Source: Nostoc sp. DedSLP01
GTDB lineage: Bacteria; Cyanobacteriota; Cyanobacteriia; Cyanobacteriales; Nostocaceae
DNA: 64,000 bases
NCBI GenBank assembly: GCA_034530875.2
Contig: JAVRCJ020000004.1
Location: forward strand, 64,001-128,000
Direction: 5' to 3'
A program made the position numbers and the translations under genes. Of the stretch, positions 30,376 to 41,523 are shown piece after piece; position 1 is the stretch's first letter; the number at the start of each line of letters is the position of its first letter. The notes under the pieces were generated by a model, which did no database searches, was not told the DNA's origin, and saw nothing but the letters and a program-made list of their open reading frames with translations.

Positions 30376-31443
30376 GTGAGGAGTCAGGGAAGAGGTAGGG
30401 GTAACTTTCGTCGTCTGTATATTATCCTGACATTTATGGCAGTCGTTGCCCTTCCAGTAGTTACCTGGGAAGGGTTTTATAGTAATCAGGCGAATGCTGT
30501 CATTGAATTCGCACCAAACTCCGAAACTACGAATAAATTTGCGAATTTTCAGGTACTCTACACCCTCAAAGGACACACCGGAACCGTTAAATCCCTAGCC
30601 TTCAGTCCAGATAATAGAGTACTTGTCAGTGGAGGTGCAGAAAACGAGGGTATAATTCGCCTGTGGAATCCAGCAAACGGCAGAAAGTTGGGGAATATTA
30701 GCAAAGCACACAAAAGCTCTGTAGAATCTTTAGTAATTTCACCAGATGGTCAAACCCTCGCCAGTTGTAGTAATGACAACACGATTAACCTCTGGAATCT
30801 GAAAAATTTTAAATTTACTCGCTCTTTTGTCGGACATACCAGTAACGTATTATCTTTAGCGATCTCTCCTGATAGTAAAGTTTTAATTAGTGGTGCCTTG
30901 GATGGAATTCGCTTGTGGGATTTACTACAGCAACGCCCGCTTGGGGCTTTAGTACGCTTTAATAATTTGATTTACACTGTGGCTATTAGTCCTGATGGGC
31001 AAACCCTGGCTAGTGGCGACAATAAAGGTAGGATCAAGCTGTGGAATTTAAGTACTGGTAAATTAATCAGCGAATCAGTAGCTCATACTAATGCTGTTAC
31101 TGCTGTCACCTTTACACCGAACGGAGAAACATTAATTAGTGCTAGCCGCGATCGCACCATTAAAGTGTGGAATGTTAATACTGGAGAATTACTCCGCACT
31201 CTTACAGGACATAATAACTGGGTAAATGCGATCGCCATTAATCCAGACGGACAAACCCTTGCAAGTGCTGGCAGAGATGGTATTAAATTGTGGAATATCG
31301 CTTCAGGTGAGTTGATAAATACGCTCATCGGACATAAAGACTGGGTAAGTGCGATCGCTTTTAATCCAACTGGAAAAATACTAGCCAGTGGTGGATTTGA
31401 CGGAAAAATCAAGATTTGGGGAATTCCAGTAAAACGCAAGTAG
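30376..31443 (+). CDS. WD40-repeat protein with N-terminal signal/TM
   Basis: About seven GH...SPDG..LAS....IKLW repeats. Confidence 0.93.
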   Translation: MRSQGRGRGNFRRLYIILTFMAVVALPVVTWEGFYSNQANAVIEFAPNSETTNKFANFQVLYTLKGHTGTVKSLAFSPDNRVLVSGGAENEGIIRLWNPANGRKLGNISKAHKSSVESLVISPDGQTLASCSNDNTINLWNLKNFKFTRSFVGHTSNVLSLAISPDSKVLISGALDGIRLWDLLQQRPLGALVRFNNLIYTVAISPDGQTLASGDNKGRIKLWNLSTGKLISESVAHTNAVTAVTFTPNGETLISASRDRTIKVWNVNTGELLRTLTGHNNWVNAIAINPDGQTLASAGRDGIKLWNIASGELINTLIGHKDWVSAIAFNPTGKILASGGFDGKIKIWGIPVKRK

Positions 31444-31574
31444 CTTAAGAAGGCAGAAGGACGAAGGCAGGAGGCAGGAGGTAATCCCCACAAATAAATT
31501 TAGGGGATTTAATAAGGACACAGTATTTCTGTCTTAGGCAACGGGAAAATTCCATAATTCAAATGAGTGAGTAA

Positions 31575-31754
31575 TATCAAGTTTGGATGATTAGTTATCA
31601 TTGCATTTGTCGCATTACCCCTCCCCAACCCTGACGCCACTTGCTTCAAGTCGGCAGAGCCGCCCAACGCAGTGGCTCCCCTTGGCAAGGGGAGGGTGCG
31701 CGGTAGCGCGGGTGGGGTGTTTCGGGATTTATAAGTGATTAAGCGAACTTGATA
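31575..31754. mobile_element. MITE with TATCAAGTT TIRs, TAA duplication and nested small repeats
   Basis: TAA|TATCAAGTTTGGATGATTAGTTAT...ATAAGTGATTAAGCGAACTTGATA|TAA. Confidence 0.8.
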
Positions 31755-32189
31755 TAAATGCTACCTTTGCACCTTGCATCCGAAAGCAACTGACAAAGAT
31801 TTATCTCAGGAGGCATTGAAACTTTGTGGTTCGCACTATCTAGTTTCAGAAATTTTCTTTTTGCAGAGATAAATAATAGTGCTTTCAACCCAATATTTGC
31901 TCGGGTTTCAAGTAATCTAAAGATTACTAAATATCCCCCAAGATTTTGAGTCTACTTCAGTAGACTCGATCTATTAGCCAGAGAATTTATTCTCTGGCGG
32001 GTGAGGAAGCCAACACCAAAGCTATTTCTAGCTTAAGTTGACACGTATGCACAGCTAGCTGTGAGCTAAATTCATTACAGGAACTTAAAATTTAACAATG
32101 AAAATTTAAAAATATCTGCGAATAAATACAAAATCTGTATCACAGGATTCTAATTTAGGTAACGTTCGGAGTTACAATCCCACAATTGC

Positions 32190-33482
32190 ATGAAATTGTG
32201 GTTAAAGCTACAAAAATTGTCACAACAACGAACTGATACCGTCTTTCCAGCCTCCGTCTTCCGACTAGACAGTGGCTTAACGTTTATTCATCAAGAAATT
32301 CCCACTACTCCTGTAGTTGTGGCGGATGTTTGGGTGCGCGCTGGGGCAACCCGAGAGCCAGAACCGTGGTTCGGTATGGCGCACTTTTTAGAACACATGA
32401 TTTTTAAAGGTACGGCAACACTACCCCCTGGAATGTTCGACCAAAACGTTGAAAACCAAGGTGGCGTTAGTAACGCGGCAACAAGCTATGATTACGCTCA
32501 TTATTCAGTAACTACAGCTGCGCCTTATCTGCAAGATACTTTGCCGCACTTGGGAGAACTACTAGTGAATGCGGCAATTCCAGAAGATGAATTTAGCCGG
32601 GAACGAGACGTAGTATTAGAGGAAATCCGTTCGTGCAATGACGATTCTGACTGGATAGGATTCCAAGCTTTAATTAGTAGCATCTATGAGCATCATCCTT
32701 ACGGACGCTCAGTGCTGGGTACCGAGCAAGAACTAATGCAGCACTCGCCAGAAGCAATGCGTTGTTTTCACCGTGCCCACTACCAGCCGGAAAACATGAC
32801 AGTAGTGATTGCGGGAGGTATAGCTCAAGAGCAAGCTTTAGACTTAGTAAATCGTTCATTTACTGATTTTGCCGAACCTGCTCATTGCCCGCAGTTTGAA
32901 AAAGTGGCAAGCCCAATAATAACAGAAATTCGTCGTCAAGAACTGTATTTACCACGGATAGAGCAAGCGCGATTATTAATGGCGTGGCTCGTACCAGGAG
33001 TAGAAGAAATTCATACTGCTTATGGCTTAGATTTATTATCAGTGTTATTAGCAGAAGGTCGAACTTCGCGTTTAGTACGCAATTTACGCGAAGATTTGCA
33101 ATTAGTACAGGGAATTTGTAGTAATTTTTCTCTGCAACGAGAATCGAGTTTATTTACAATTACTGCTTGGTTGGAACCAGAAAATGTCGAAAAAGTTGAG
33201 TCCTTGATTTGCGATTGTTTAGATAAGTTACAAACTCAGGAAATTAGTCAACAAGAACTCGGCCGTTCCCGCAGGCTACTATGTAATGAGTATGCCTTTT
33301 CTACCGAAACGCCAAATCAACTCACAGGGCTTTATGGATATTACAATACAATTGCCCAAGCCGAATTAGCTGTGACATACCCCCAAGAAATTCAATCTTT
33401 TGATGCCCAAGAACTGCAAAAATTAGCTCAACAGTATCTCTCCCCGCAAAATTATGCGGTTACTGTACTTAGACCATGTTAG
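32190..33482 (+). CDS. M16 (pitrilysin-family) zinc peptidase, catalytic subunit
   Basis: GMAHFLEHMIFKGT (HxxEH), NAATS, ERDVVLEE; start uncertain. Confidence 0.92.
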   Translation: MKLWLKLQKLSQQRTDTVFPASVFRLDSGLTFIHQEIPTTPVVVADVWVRAGATREPEPWFGMAHFLEHMIFKGTATLPPGMFDQNVENQGGVSNAATSYDYAHYSVTTAAPYLQDTLPHLGELLVNAAIPEDEFSRERDVVLEEIRSCNDDSDWIGFQALISSIYEHHPYGRSVLGTEQELMQHSPEAMRCFHRAHYQPENMTVVIAGGIAQEQALDLVNRSFTDFAEPAHCPQFEKVASPIITEIRRQELYLPRIEQARLLMAWLVPGVEEIHTAYGLDLLSVLLAEGRTSRLVRNLREDLQLVQGICSNFSLQRESSLFTITAWLEPENVEKVESLICDCLDKLQTQEISQQELGRSRRLLCNEYAFSTETPNQLTGLYGYYNTIAQAELAVTYPQEIQSFDAQELQKLAQQYLSPQNYAVTVLRPC

Positions 33483-33593
33483 GTATGGGGTATGGGGGAT
33501 AAAGGGCAGGGGAAAAGGGCAAAGGGGAAGATTCCTCCTTTACCCTTTTCCCTACCCCAAGGGTTTTGACTAATGACTAAGGACTAATGACAA

Positions 33594-34874
33594 ATGACAA
33601 CCTTGCTGCAAAAATCGCCTATCTATCGCACTGTATTAAATAATGGCATTGTCGTGTTAGTGGCAGAAAACCCGGCTGCGGATATTATTGCAGCGCGGAT
33701 TTTTGTGCGTGCTGGTAGTTGTCACGAAAGCCAAGAACAAGCAGGGTTGGCACATTTGTTATCAGCAGTAATGACGAAGGGATGCGATGGACTTTCTAGC
33801 TTGGAAATTGCTGAAAAAGTTGAGTCTGTCGGGGCGAGTTTGAGTGCAGATGCGGGCACTGATTATTTTTTACTATCTTTCAAGACGGTAACATCGGATT
33901 TTGCAGAAATATTAACATTGGCAGGGTTGATGTTGCGATCGCCAACTTTCCCAGAAGTCCAAGTGGAACTAGAACGGCGTCTAGCATTACAAGATATTCG
34001 TTCGCAAAAAGAGCAACCCTTCACTGTCGCCTTTGAACAAATGCGGCAGGCAATGTACCAAAATCATCCATATTCGATGTCGATATTGGGAGATGAAACA
34101 ACTATGAGCCGCTTAACTCGTGCGGACTTAGTGGACTATCATCAAACTTATTTCCGTCCAGATAATTTGGTAATTAGTATTGCCGGCCGAGTCACACCCA
34201 CAGATGCAGTAGCATTGGTAAGAGAAGTTTTTGGTGATTGGCAAATTCCACCACAAGCACTCCCAGTTCTCAATTTACCTGAGATTAAAGTCGAACCCCA
34301 GGTAAAGCTGAAGCCACAACAAACTCAACAATCAATTGTCATGCTGGGCTATTTGGGCGCATCGGTGAGTTCTCCTGACTACGCCCCATTGAAGTTGCTG
34401 TGTACCTACTTGGGAAATGGGCTTTCTAGCCGCTTGTTTGTGGAATTGCGCGAAAAGCGAGGTTTAGCTTACGAAGTATCTGCTTTTTACTCAACCAGGC
34501 TATACCCAGCTTCGTTTGTGGTTTACATGGGTACAGCACCAGAGAATACCAGCATAGCCATAGAAGGACTGCGCACAGAAGTAGATTTATTATCTAGCAC
34601 AGAAGTATCCCCAAGCGCCCTGCAAGCTGCTAAAAACAAGATTCTGGGGCAATATGCTTTGGGCAAACAAACAAACGGACAAATTGCTCAAATATACGGT
34701 TGGTATGAGATTTTGGGCTTAGGAATTGATTTTGATACTAAGTTCCAAGAACTAATCGCTGCTGTAGATGCCAAAGACGCCATCGCGGTAGCTTCCAAGT
34801 ATTTACAGGAACCTTACGTGTCTTTAGTTGGTCAAGAAGCAGCAATTAATGGAGCGATCGCAAAAGGTATATAA
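33594..34874 (+). CDS. M16 peptidase non-catalytic partner subunit
   Basis: AHLLSA replaces HxxEH; SSRLFVELREKRGLAY R/Y motif; adjacent to the catalytic subunit. Confidence 0.9.
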   Translation: MTTLLQKSPIYRTVLNNGIVVLVAENPAADIIAARIFVRAGSCHESQEQAGLAHLLSAVMTKGCDGLSSLEIAEKVESVGASLSADAGTDYFLLSFKTVTSDFAEILTLAGLMLRSPTFPEVQVELERRLALQDIRSQKEQPFTVAFEQMRQAMYQNHPYSMSILGDETTMSRLTRADLVDYHQTYFRPDNLVISIAGRVTPTDAVALVREVFGDWQIPPQALPVLNLPEIKVEPQVKLKPQQTQQSIVMLGYLGASVSSPDYAPLKLLCTYLGNGLSSRLFVELREKRGLAYEVSAFYSTRLYPASFVVYMGTAPENTSIAIEGLRTEVDLLSSTEVSPSALQAAKNKILGQYALGKQTNGQIAQIYGWYEILGLGIDFDTKFQELIAAVDAKDAIAVASKYLQEPYVSLVGQEAAINGAIAKGI

Positions 34875-34889
34875 TCTGCACAGGCGTAA

Positions 34890-35013
34890 TACCAATTCAC
34901 TAAAATTTTGAAACAGATTCAAATCCAGAAGCCTTTGTCAAATATGGATTTCTTAATTTTGAATTTTGTTAGCGCAGCGTTAGCGAGTTTACGAGCGTCA
35001 TTTTGAATTGGTA
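34890..35013. mobile_element. 124-bp MITE with TACCAATTCA TIRs and TAA duplication
   Basis: TAA|TACCAATTCA...TGAATTGGTA|TAA. Confidence 0.8.
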
Positions 35014-35103
35014 TAACCTGCTGGATACATCGCTGTCTGTAGCAGCTGTTTTTTAGACCAAGCGGCTGTACCATTAGCATCAGAATATTTTGGAAGTAAA
35101 TCT

Positions 35104-36150
35104 ATGCAAAACAGCCTGACAGCAAGTATTTTGAGTTACTTAAAATTACTAGATCCAACTGTAAATCACTCTAGATTAAAAAAACCGCAAAAGAGTTCGC
35201 AGACACAGCAATCTAAGTCTTTATCAGCAATTAAAATACTACTGTTCTCCACTACACCTGTAGCAATTGCTTTCTCTGCCCTAGTATCAATTGCAGCCCC
35301 ACAAAAAATAGCCCAAGTAAATCCCGGAGATAGTATCAACCGTCCTACCTTAACAGTTGGTAGCCAAGGCGAACGCGTATCCGAACTTCAGGCAGCTTTG
35401 AAACTTTTGGGTTTTTATTCTGGTTTAGTAGATGGTATATACAGTGAAAATACAGCCAGTGCCGTTTCCCAATTTAAACAAGCAGCTGGCTTAAATCCAG
35501 ATGGCATCGTTGACGCGGCAACTTGGCAACGGCTTTTTCCTAAGGAACCTGGTGTAGCATCAACGGTTCCTTCATCCGGACAAGGATTTAACTCAGCTAC
35601 AAATTTTCCTGTTCCAACCCAGGCTAGCAATATCACCCAAGTTGCAAATCCCAAGCCTAACCCACCAAGACAAGCTGTAACGCAAGTTCCTACCAAACCC
35701 AACCCGCCAAAAAAATCTACAACTCAAAATACTACACAGGCCAAGCCACCAAAAAAAGCCACAACACAAGCTAGCGGCAGTCCCGAACCTAGACCTGCTA
35801 AACCGGGACAAGCTCAGAAAACACCAAAACGTACTACATCAAATACTAGAAATCAGCCAACCACACGCAGCAGGCAAACTACTAAAACTGAGTCAAATAC
35901 CAGTACTCAGCGAACCCCTGGCATTCAATACACCTCAGAAGGATTCCCAATTTTACGCTTAGGTTTACGTGGTTCGGAAGTTGTGAAGTTGCAACAACAA
36001 CTCAAAAAGCTTGGTTACTTAAAAGGCGATGTAGATGGAGACTTTGGCCCCACAACTGAGGAAGCTGTGAAAGCTTTACAAAAACGCTACGGTTTAGAAG
36101 CTGATGGCGTGGCTGGCGGGGCTACTTGGGAAATTCTTTCGCGGCGTTAG
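35104..36150 (+). CDS. Peptidoglycan-binding protein (two PG_binding_1 domains joined by a Pro/Thr/Gln/Lys linker)
   Basis: LTVGSQG.RV.ELQ..L..LGFY...DG.Y...T..AV..F...GL.PDG and a second copy at the C-terminus. Confidence 0.88.
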   Translation: MQNSLTASILSYLKLLDPTVNHSRLKKPQKSSQTQQSKSLSAIKILLFSTTPVAIAFSALVSIAAPQKIAQVNPGDSINRPTLTVGSQGERVSELQAALKLLGFYSGLVDGIYSENTASAVSQFKQAAGLNPDGIVDAATWQRLFPKEPGVASTVPSSGQGFNSATNFPVPTQASNITQVANPKPNPPRQAVTQVPTKPNPPKKSTTQNTTQAKPPKKATTQASGSPEPRPAKPGQAQKTPKRTTSNTRNQPTTRSRQTTKTESNTSTQRTPGIQYTSEGFPILRLGLRGSEVVKLQQQLKKLGYLKGDVDGDFGPTTEEAVKALQKRYGLEADGVAGGATWEILSRR

Positions 36151-36526
36151 GGAGTTCTAAATCATCAATTACTCAACTGTTGGGAGGTGAGGGAGTAAAT
36201 ACTTCCTTGTCCTCCTTGTTCGTGCATTAGCACAAATAATAAGTCTTTAACCGTAAATGTTATTAGTTGACTTAGGTACATCGTGCAATACGATAAAGAT
36301 ATTGGGATTAAAAGTATTTCTCTATGCCAGCAGATGAATTGACAAAAGCAGCGATCGCTAACCTTATTGAAATACAAAATCTAAAATGGTATTAGACTGT
36401 TTTTGCACTGCCAAAACAAGGCGACTACTTGAGGAGTTCAGTACAACAACATCTAATCCTGTTACATATCGCAATGAACAAAAGTGAAATTAATTAAACT
36501 TAAGGTTAATTCTTCTAAAAAAGCTT

Positions 36527-36880
36527 ATGCGACACTTTTTATTCACTTGGCTCGGTACTGCCGTGGCATTATTAATTACTGCTAATATCGTTCCGGGATT
36601 TTCCATTAAGAGTTTTGTGGCGGCCTTGCTAGCTGCTATTATTATTGGTCTAGTTAACGCATTTATTAGACCGATTTTACGGATTTTAACCTTTCCGATC
36701 ACCTTGCTTACTTTTGGTTTATTCACATTAGTGATTAATGCCTTAACCCTTTGGTTAGCGAGTGCTCTAACTCCTGGTTCTGGTTTTGAGATTGAGGGAT
36801 TTATACCTGCTTTCTTTGGTTCAATTGTGCTAGCAATTGTTTCTAGCATAATTAACTATTTTTTGAGAGTTGTTGAATAG
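36527..36880 (+). CDS. Four-TM phage-holin-like family membrane protein (YvlD-like)
   Basis: GLVNAFIRPIL..LTFPITLLTFGLFTLVINA. Confidence 0.85.
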   Translation: MRHFLFTWLGTAVALLITANIVPGFSIKSFVAALLAAIIIGLVNAFIRPILRILTFPITLLTFGLFTLVINALTLWLASALTPGSGFEIEGFIPAFFGSIVLAIVSSIINYFLRVVE

Positions 36881-37349
36881 AAAAATTAATAGAATTTGCA
36901 GCTTGGGCAACAGCTAGCGTTACGGCTCCTAGTTGCCCTTTTAATTGGAAAATTTGTTTGGGAACTAAGAATTTTACTCCTAATTCTTCTGTACCTATGA
37001 AGAGAGAATCAGTTAACAATGGTTTAATTTGAGTAGCTGCAAGTATCGCCGCTGCTTCTGCTATGCTGGGCGTACCTACTGTTTGGTCGCTAATGATGCT
37101 AGGGTTAGAAACCGAGACACAGCGAAGAACTTCTCTAGAAAAAAACTTGAGGGGCAAATTTCGTAAATTGCAAAATTCTACCAAGCCAACTTCCGAGGCT
37201 TTAGTATCGATGGTAGCAATACCCGCGATCGCATTTTGAGAAAGTTGATTTTCTCGAAACACTTGCTCAATTGCTAAATCGATTAACTGCGATGAAGTTC
37301 CTCGTTTACAACCAATTCCTACCCATAAAATCTGTTGCCCTTGGTGCAT
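36852..37349 (-). CDS. Cobalamin biosynthesis protein, CbiG C-terminal/CobE-like
   Basis: WVGIGCKRG, IATIDTKA.E.GL, GTPSIAEAAA, GAVTLAVA. Confidence 0.85.
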   Translation of the reverse strand: MHQGQQILWVGIGCKRGTSSQLIDLAIEQVFRENQLSQNAIAGIATIDTKASEVGLVEFCNLRNLPLKFFSREVLRCVSVSNPSIISDQTVGTPSIAEAAAILAATQIKPLLTDSLFIGTEELGVKFLVPKQIFQLKGQLGAVTLAVAQAANSINFSIQQLSKNS

Positions 37350-37370
37350 TTGCTAATTCAGTTTGTGTTT

Positions 37371-37934
37371 TTACTCCAAAAGCCAACCAAATAAATCTCC
37401 CACCGTCAGGTGCAACTCACTTGCAAAATCTGGTACAGGAATTAAAGCTTCTAACTCATCCAACATAACTGGCTGTTTATTGCGTATGTACACAAACACC
37501 GTTTGTTCTTCTGGGTCAATCAGCCAGCCCATTTGTGTTTCGTAATTCAGGCAATGTAAAATATTTTTTGTAACTTTGGTTTGTTTTTGGTCTGGTGATA
37601 GAATTTCGATAGTCCAATCCGTAGCCGCTTGGAAAACATTCGCAACTTGGCCATTTTCATCGCGAGGAATTTTCTCCCGAGTAAATACCGCCACATCTGG
37701 GACAATCGATCTGCCACCAAATGTACACCGCAGTTCTGGAAAAGCACGAGCGATTTTCTTGGGCTTCAGGCTTAAGTTAATGGTGCTAACCATTTCACCT
37801 TGAATTATACTGTGCTTTCCCTGTGGCATAGGTTTTTGAATAATTTGACCATCAATGTATTCACTAGCAGGTTTTGTTTCTGGTAGCATCAGAAACTCTT
37901 CTAAAGTTATATTTTTTGATGGTGTTCTTACCAT
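37371..37934 (-). CDS. Uma2 family endonuclease-like protein
   Basis: LEEFL.LPETKPASEYIDG, PMPQGKHS, VPDVAV, IEILSP, GWLIDP. Confidence 0.9.
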   Translation of the reverse strand: MVRTPSKNITLEEFLMLPETKPASEYIDGQIIQKPMPQGKHSIIQGEMVSTINLSLKPKKIARAFPELRCTFGGRSIVPDVAVFTREKIPRDENGQVANVFQAATDWTIEILSPDQKQTKVTKNILHCLNYETQMGWLIDPEEQTVFVYIRNKQPVMLDELEALIPVPDFASELHLTVGDLFGWLLE

Positions 37935-38075
37935 TTACGAACCTCCAACAAAATACTATTTTACAAGTCTATCAATACCCATCTAATAATTGTAAATACG
38001 CAAAGGACGCACAAGAAAAATTAGCTTCAGTTAAACTTTTATTACTGTGCTTACCTTTGCGTCTATAAAAACAGA

Positions 38076-39839
38076 TTACATTCTTTCCAATACCTGAATT
38101 CCTAACAAAGACAATCCTAACTTCAGTGTTCTAGCAGTCAAATCACACAGAATCAACCTAGATGTTCGCTGTGGTTCTTCGGCATCCAGTACCCGAACTC
38201 CTCGATCGCGATCGTAAAACTGATTGAATTTTTTACTCAGTTCGTACAAATATTCGCACAAACGATGAGGCAATAAATCTTGCTCTAGAGTATTAATAAC
38301 TTCATCGAGTTGCAGTAAATATTTTGCCAAGGTTAATTCGGTTTCATGCTCTAAAACAACGGCATGATTTCCTAATTCTTGAAAGTTAATATTACCCTTA
38401 CGGCTAATGCCTTGAATCCGGGCATAAGCATATAGCATATAGGGCGCAGTATTACCTTTAAGATCCAGCATTTTATCGTAGCTGAAAATGTAGTTACTAG
38501 TGCGGTTTTGGCTTAAATCTGCATACTTAACTGCACTAAGTCCAACTACCTTGGCAACTTCATTAATGAATTCTTCAGTTTCTTGGCGTCCTTCTTCTTG
38601 TAATCTAGCTATTAAGTCTGCATGGGCACGAGCGATCGCTTCATCTAACAAATCCCGTAACCGTACGCTGTCCCCAAAACGAGTTTTGATTCTTTTACCA
38701 TCTTCTCCTAACACCAACCCAAAAGGCACATGCACTAATTCCACATCATCGGGAATCCATCCCGCTTTGCGTGCCACTTGGAAAAATTGGGCAAAATGGT
38801 TTGCTTGTCCAGCATCCGTTACATAAATTAACCGCTTTCCTTCATCCTGCTGAATCCGGTAACGGACAGATGCTAAATCTGTAGTGGCGTAGTTATAACC
38901 GCCATCTGATTTCTGCACAATTAAAGGTAAAGGTTCGCCCTCTCTATTTGTAAAGCCTTCCAGAAAAACGCATTTTGCCCCTTGATTTTCTACCAGCAAG
39001 CCAGATTTTTCTAAATCTTCCACTACTGTTGGTAGTAAAGGGTTATAGAAAGATTCTCCGCGTTCGATTAACTTAACATCCAACAGATCGTAAATTACTT
39101 GAAACTCCCGCCGTGACTGTTCGCACAGCAACTTCCACGCGTGGAGTGTATCTTCGGCACCTGCTTGTAACCTAACAACTTCTTGGCGTGCTGTTTCTTG
39201 AAAAGCTTCATCTGCATCAAACCGCTGTTTGGCTTGGCGGTAAAAAGTAACTAAATCGCCGATATCTAAAGCATTAGCAGTAGTCAGGGCTTGGGGGTGG
39301 GCTTCCCGCAGATAGGCGATTAACATGCCAAATTGCGTACCCCAATCACCTACGTGATTTAAGCGTAGGACATCGTGTCCTTGAAATTCGAGAACGCGGG
39401 CGATCGCATCGCCTATGATTGTAGAACGCAAGTGTCCGACGTGCATTTCTTTAGCAATATTCGGACTGGAAAAATCCACAATTTCCCGCTGTGGAGTTTT
39501 CGCAGTTGGAATTCCTAGTCTGGGATCTGCTTGAATAGCGTTCAGTTGTGCTTCTAGGTATGCTGTTTTCAGTTTCAGATTGATAAATCCCGGCCCCGCG
39601 ATTTCTGGCGGTTCGCAGATTTGGGATATATCTAATTTCTCAACTATGGCAGATGCAATTAATCTTGGTTGCTTGCCTAACTTTTTACTCAGGGATAAAG
39701 CCACATTTGCCTGATAATCACCAAATTTAGGATTACTAGCAGGAACCAAAATCGGATCTATTCCAGCGAAGTCAGCGCCAAAAGCCGCAACTATTGCCTG
39801 CTCAAACTGAACTTTTAGTTTTTCTTGTGTAGGGTTCAT
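38076..39839 (-). CDS. argS: Arginine--tRNA ligase
   Basis: [18 protein letters not shown] (HIGH), [25 protein letters not shown]-terminal ERM. Confidence 0.97.
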   Translation of the reverse strand: MNPTQEKLKVQFEQAIVAAFGADFAGIDPILVPASNPKFGDYQANVALSLSKKLGKQPRLIASAIVEKLDISQICEPPEIAGPGFINLKLKTAYLEAQLNAIQADPRLGIPTAKTPQREIVDFSSPNIAKEMHVGHLRSTIIGDAIARVLEFQGHDVLRLNHVGDWGTQFGMLIAYLREAHPQALTTANALDIGDLVTFYRQAKQRFDADEAFQETARQEVVRLQAGAEDTLHAWKLLCEQSRREFQVIYDLLDVKLIERGESFYNPLLPTVVEDLEKSGLLVENQGAKCVFLEGFTNREGEPLPLIVQKSDGGYNYATTDLASVRYRIQQDEGKRLIYVTDAGQANHFAQFFQVARKAGWIPDDVELVHVPFGLVLGEDGKRIKTRFGDSVRLRDLLDEAIARAHADLIARLQEEGRQETEEFINEVAKVVGLSAVKYADLSQNRTSNYIFSYDKMLDLKGNTAPYMLYAYARIQGISRKGNINFQELGNHAVVLEHETELTLAKYLLQLDEVINTLEQDLLPHRLCEYLYELSKKFNQFYDRDRGVRVLDAEEPQRTSRLILCDLTARTLKLGLSLLGIQVLERM

Positions 39840-40566
39840 ATATAAATTTTATCTGCGAGAAGGGATGTAGCCTTGGAAAAGCTTGATTATTTCACTCTAA
39901 AGTATATTCATCAAGTTCAAGCAAGGAATGTCCTGCCAAAGCACAACCCTGTAAATTGTCTCCTATCCTTGGCATAACTTCCAGATTGTGACGCTACCTC
40001 AGCTAGAGAACTGGTATTTGATTGCATAAAAAAATTTCTTTTGCCGCTTCCCTAGTCTGCACGCACGTATGGCGCTTATCTTGGGCTTCGTGCAACACGC
40101 TGTAGGAATTTAAAAATTCAAACTGATAACTATATTAACGTAAGTACGCAAATTGATTGTGTTTGTATAGCTGCAAATTCGATTTGCCAAGGCTGAATTT
40201 GATACCTGTGAGACTACTAACCTACAGACTTGCCTTGTTTCAATGAAAATCGCTAGAGATTTATGTTTTAACCTTTAACTCTGAAAATTCCACATCTGAT
40301 TTTCATAAAAAATATAAATTTTTCATGAGTTTTTAATTATATATAAGTTTAAATGCTCGGTGTTAATAACAGCGTAACGTCCGAGGTTTAATAGTTTTTT
40401 TCAGTAAAAATACTTTATTTGAAGAGTTATTTGAATATACGAAAAAATAGGAGAAATAAGATTGACTTCCTAAAAACATAACTGTTAAAAGTAAGAAACA
40501 GCGAAAGAGAGATAAGTGCTCAAAAGAGTATTATCTAAATTGTTTTCCCCATTAATGACTCTGAAT

Positions 40567-41400
40567 ATGAAACATACTTTTCTCACAGCTTTAATTGCTG
40601 CTACAGCTACTTTTACCGGATTAGTATCTAAAGTTGAAACTGCATCTGCTGCTGGTTTTAATTGGAATGACTCTTGGACTCAGCCAACAGTACTGAATAA
40701 GTCTCAAACTGGCTTTAATGACACTCCTTTCCAACAATTTGTTCAAGCAGAAAGTGTTGCTTTACCAAATAGCGGGCAATTTAAATTAGACCCAACTAAA
40801 TTAAACCTAAAATACGACCACAATGTTTCTGTTTACTTTATCAATGAAGGCGCTGGTTATAGAAACCAGCTAGCCTTTGAAGCCACAGGAACTACTAATA
40901 AGTCTGGGCTGCTTTTTAATGATATTTCTTGTGAAGGAAACGGGTGTGTTGGCGGTTGGGGTGGTAACGCACTCAAATTCGGTGATGGGGTCAATATTGG
41001 TAATGTTACCGCAGGTACTCAACTTGACTTGTGGTTAAGAGCTGATGGTCTCAACCGTGGTAACTCTGCCAATATTTTTGGTACGGATACTGCCTCAAAC
41101 GCTGACGGACTACAGCACGCAGTTGCTTATGCCTACAACAATTACATCTTACTGGCATTCGAGGATTTATACGGTGATTTACATGCTTCCGGCATAGATT
41201 CTGCAACTGGTAAATGGAACGAAGGTTCCGACCGTGACTTTAATGATGTTATCGTCGTTCTTGATGTCGGTGAAGCAAACGTTAAATCACTAATTGGTGC
41301 TACCGTTCCCGAGCCATCTGTTACTATGTCAATGTTTGCAGTGGGAGCAGTTAGTATGTTGAGTTTGCGCCGTCGCCGTCGGATGCGCGCTATTGACTAA
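40567..41400 (+). CDS. PEP-CTERM exported protein with DUF4114-like domain
   Basis: Signal peptide MKHTFLTALIAA; FINEGAGYRN; AFEDL...DRDFND; VPEP + TM + RRRRR; start may be upstream. Confidence 0.88.
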   Translation: MKHTFLTALIAATATFTGLVSKVETASAAGFNWNDSWTQPTVLNKSQTGFNDTPFQQFVQAESVALPNSGQFKLDPTKLNLKYDHNVSVYFINEGAGYRNQLAFEATGTTNKSGLLFNDISCEGNGCVGGWGGNALKFGDGVNIGNVTAGTQLDLWLRADGLNRGNSANIFGTDTASNADGLQHAVAYAYNNYILLAFEDLYGDLHASGIDSATGKWNEGSDRDFNDVIVVLDVGEANVKSLIGATVPEPSVTMSMFAVGAVSMLSLRRRRRMRAID

Positions 41401-41478
41401 AAAATTTTAGTAGCTTTTTTAAGTTTAGGTGCTTTTACTTTTTACTTCTCTTGGAAAATAACAAACGATCGCTAGCAT

Positions 41479-41504
41479 TTCACCCGTATAATTATACGGG
41501 TGAA
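41479..41504. terminator. Perfect 26-bp palindrome between convergent genes
   Basis: TTCACCCGTATAATTATACGGGTGAA. Confidence 0.6.
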
Positions 41505-41523
41505 TTTATCTATTTAGTATCTT

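Noticed and set aside
36527..36880. Holin-like gene next to a peptidoglycan-binding protein as a prophage lysis cassette
   Set aside because: No phage genes nearby, the PG-binding protein has no catalytic domain, and this membrane family is commonly chromosomal.
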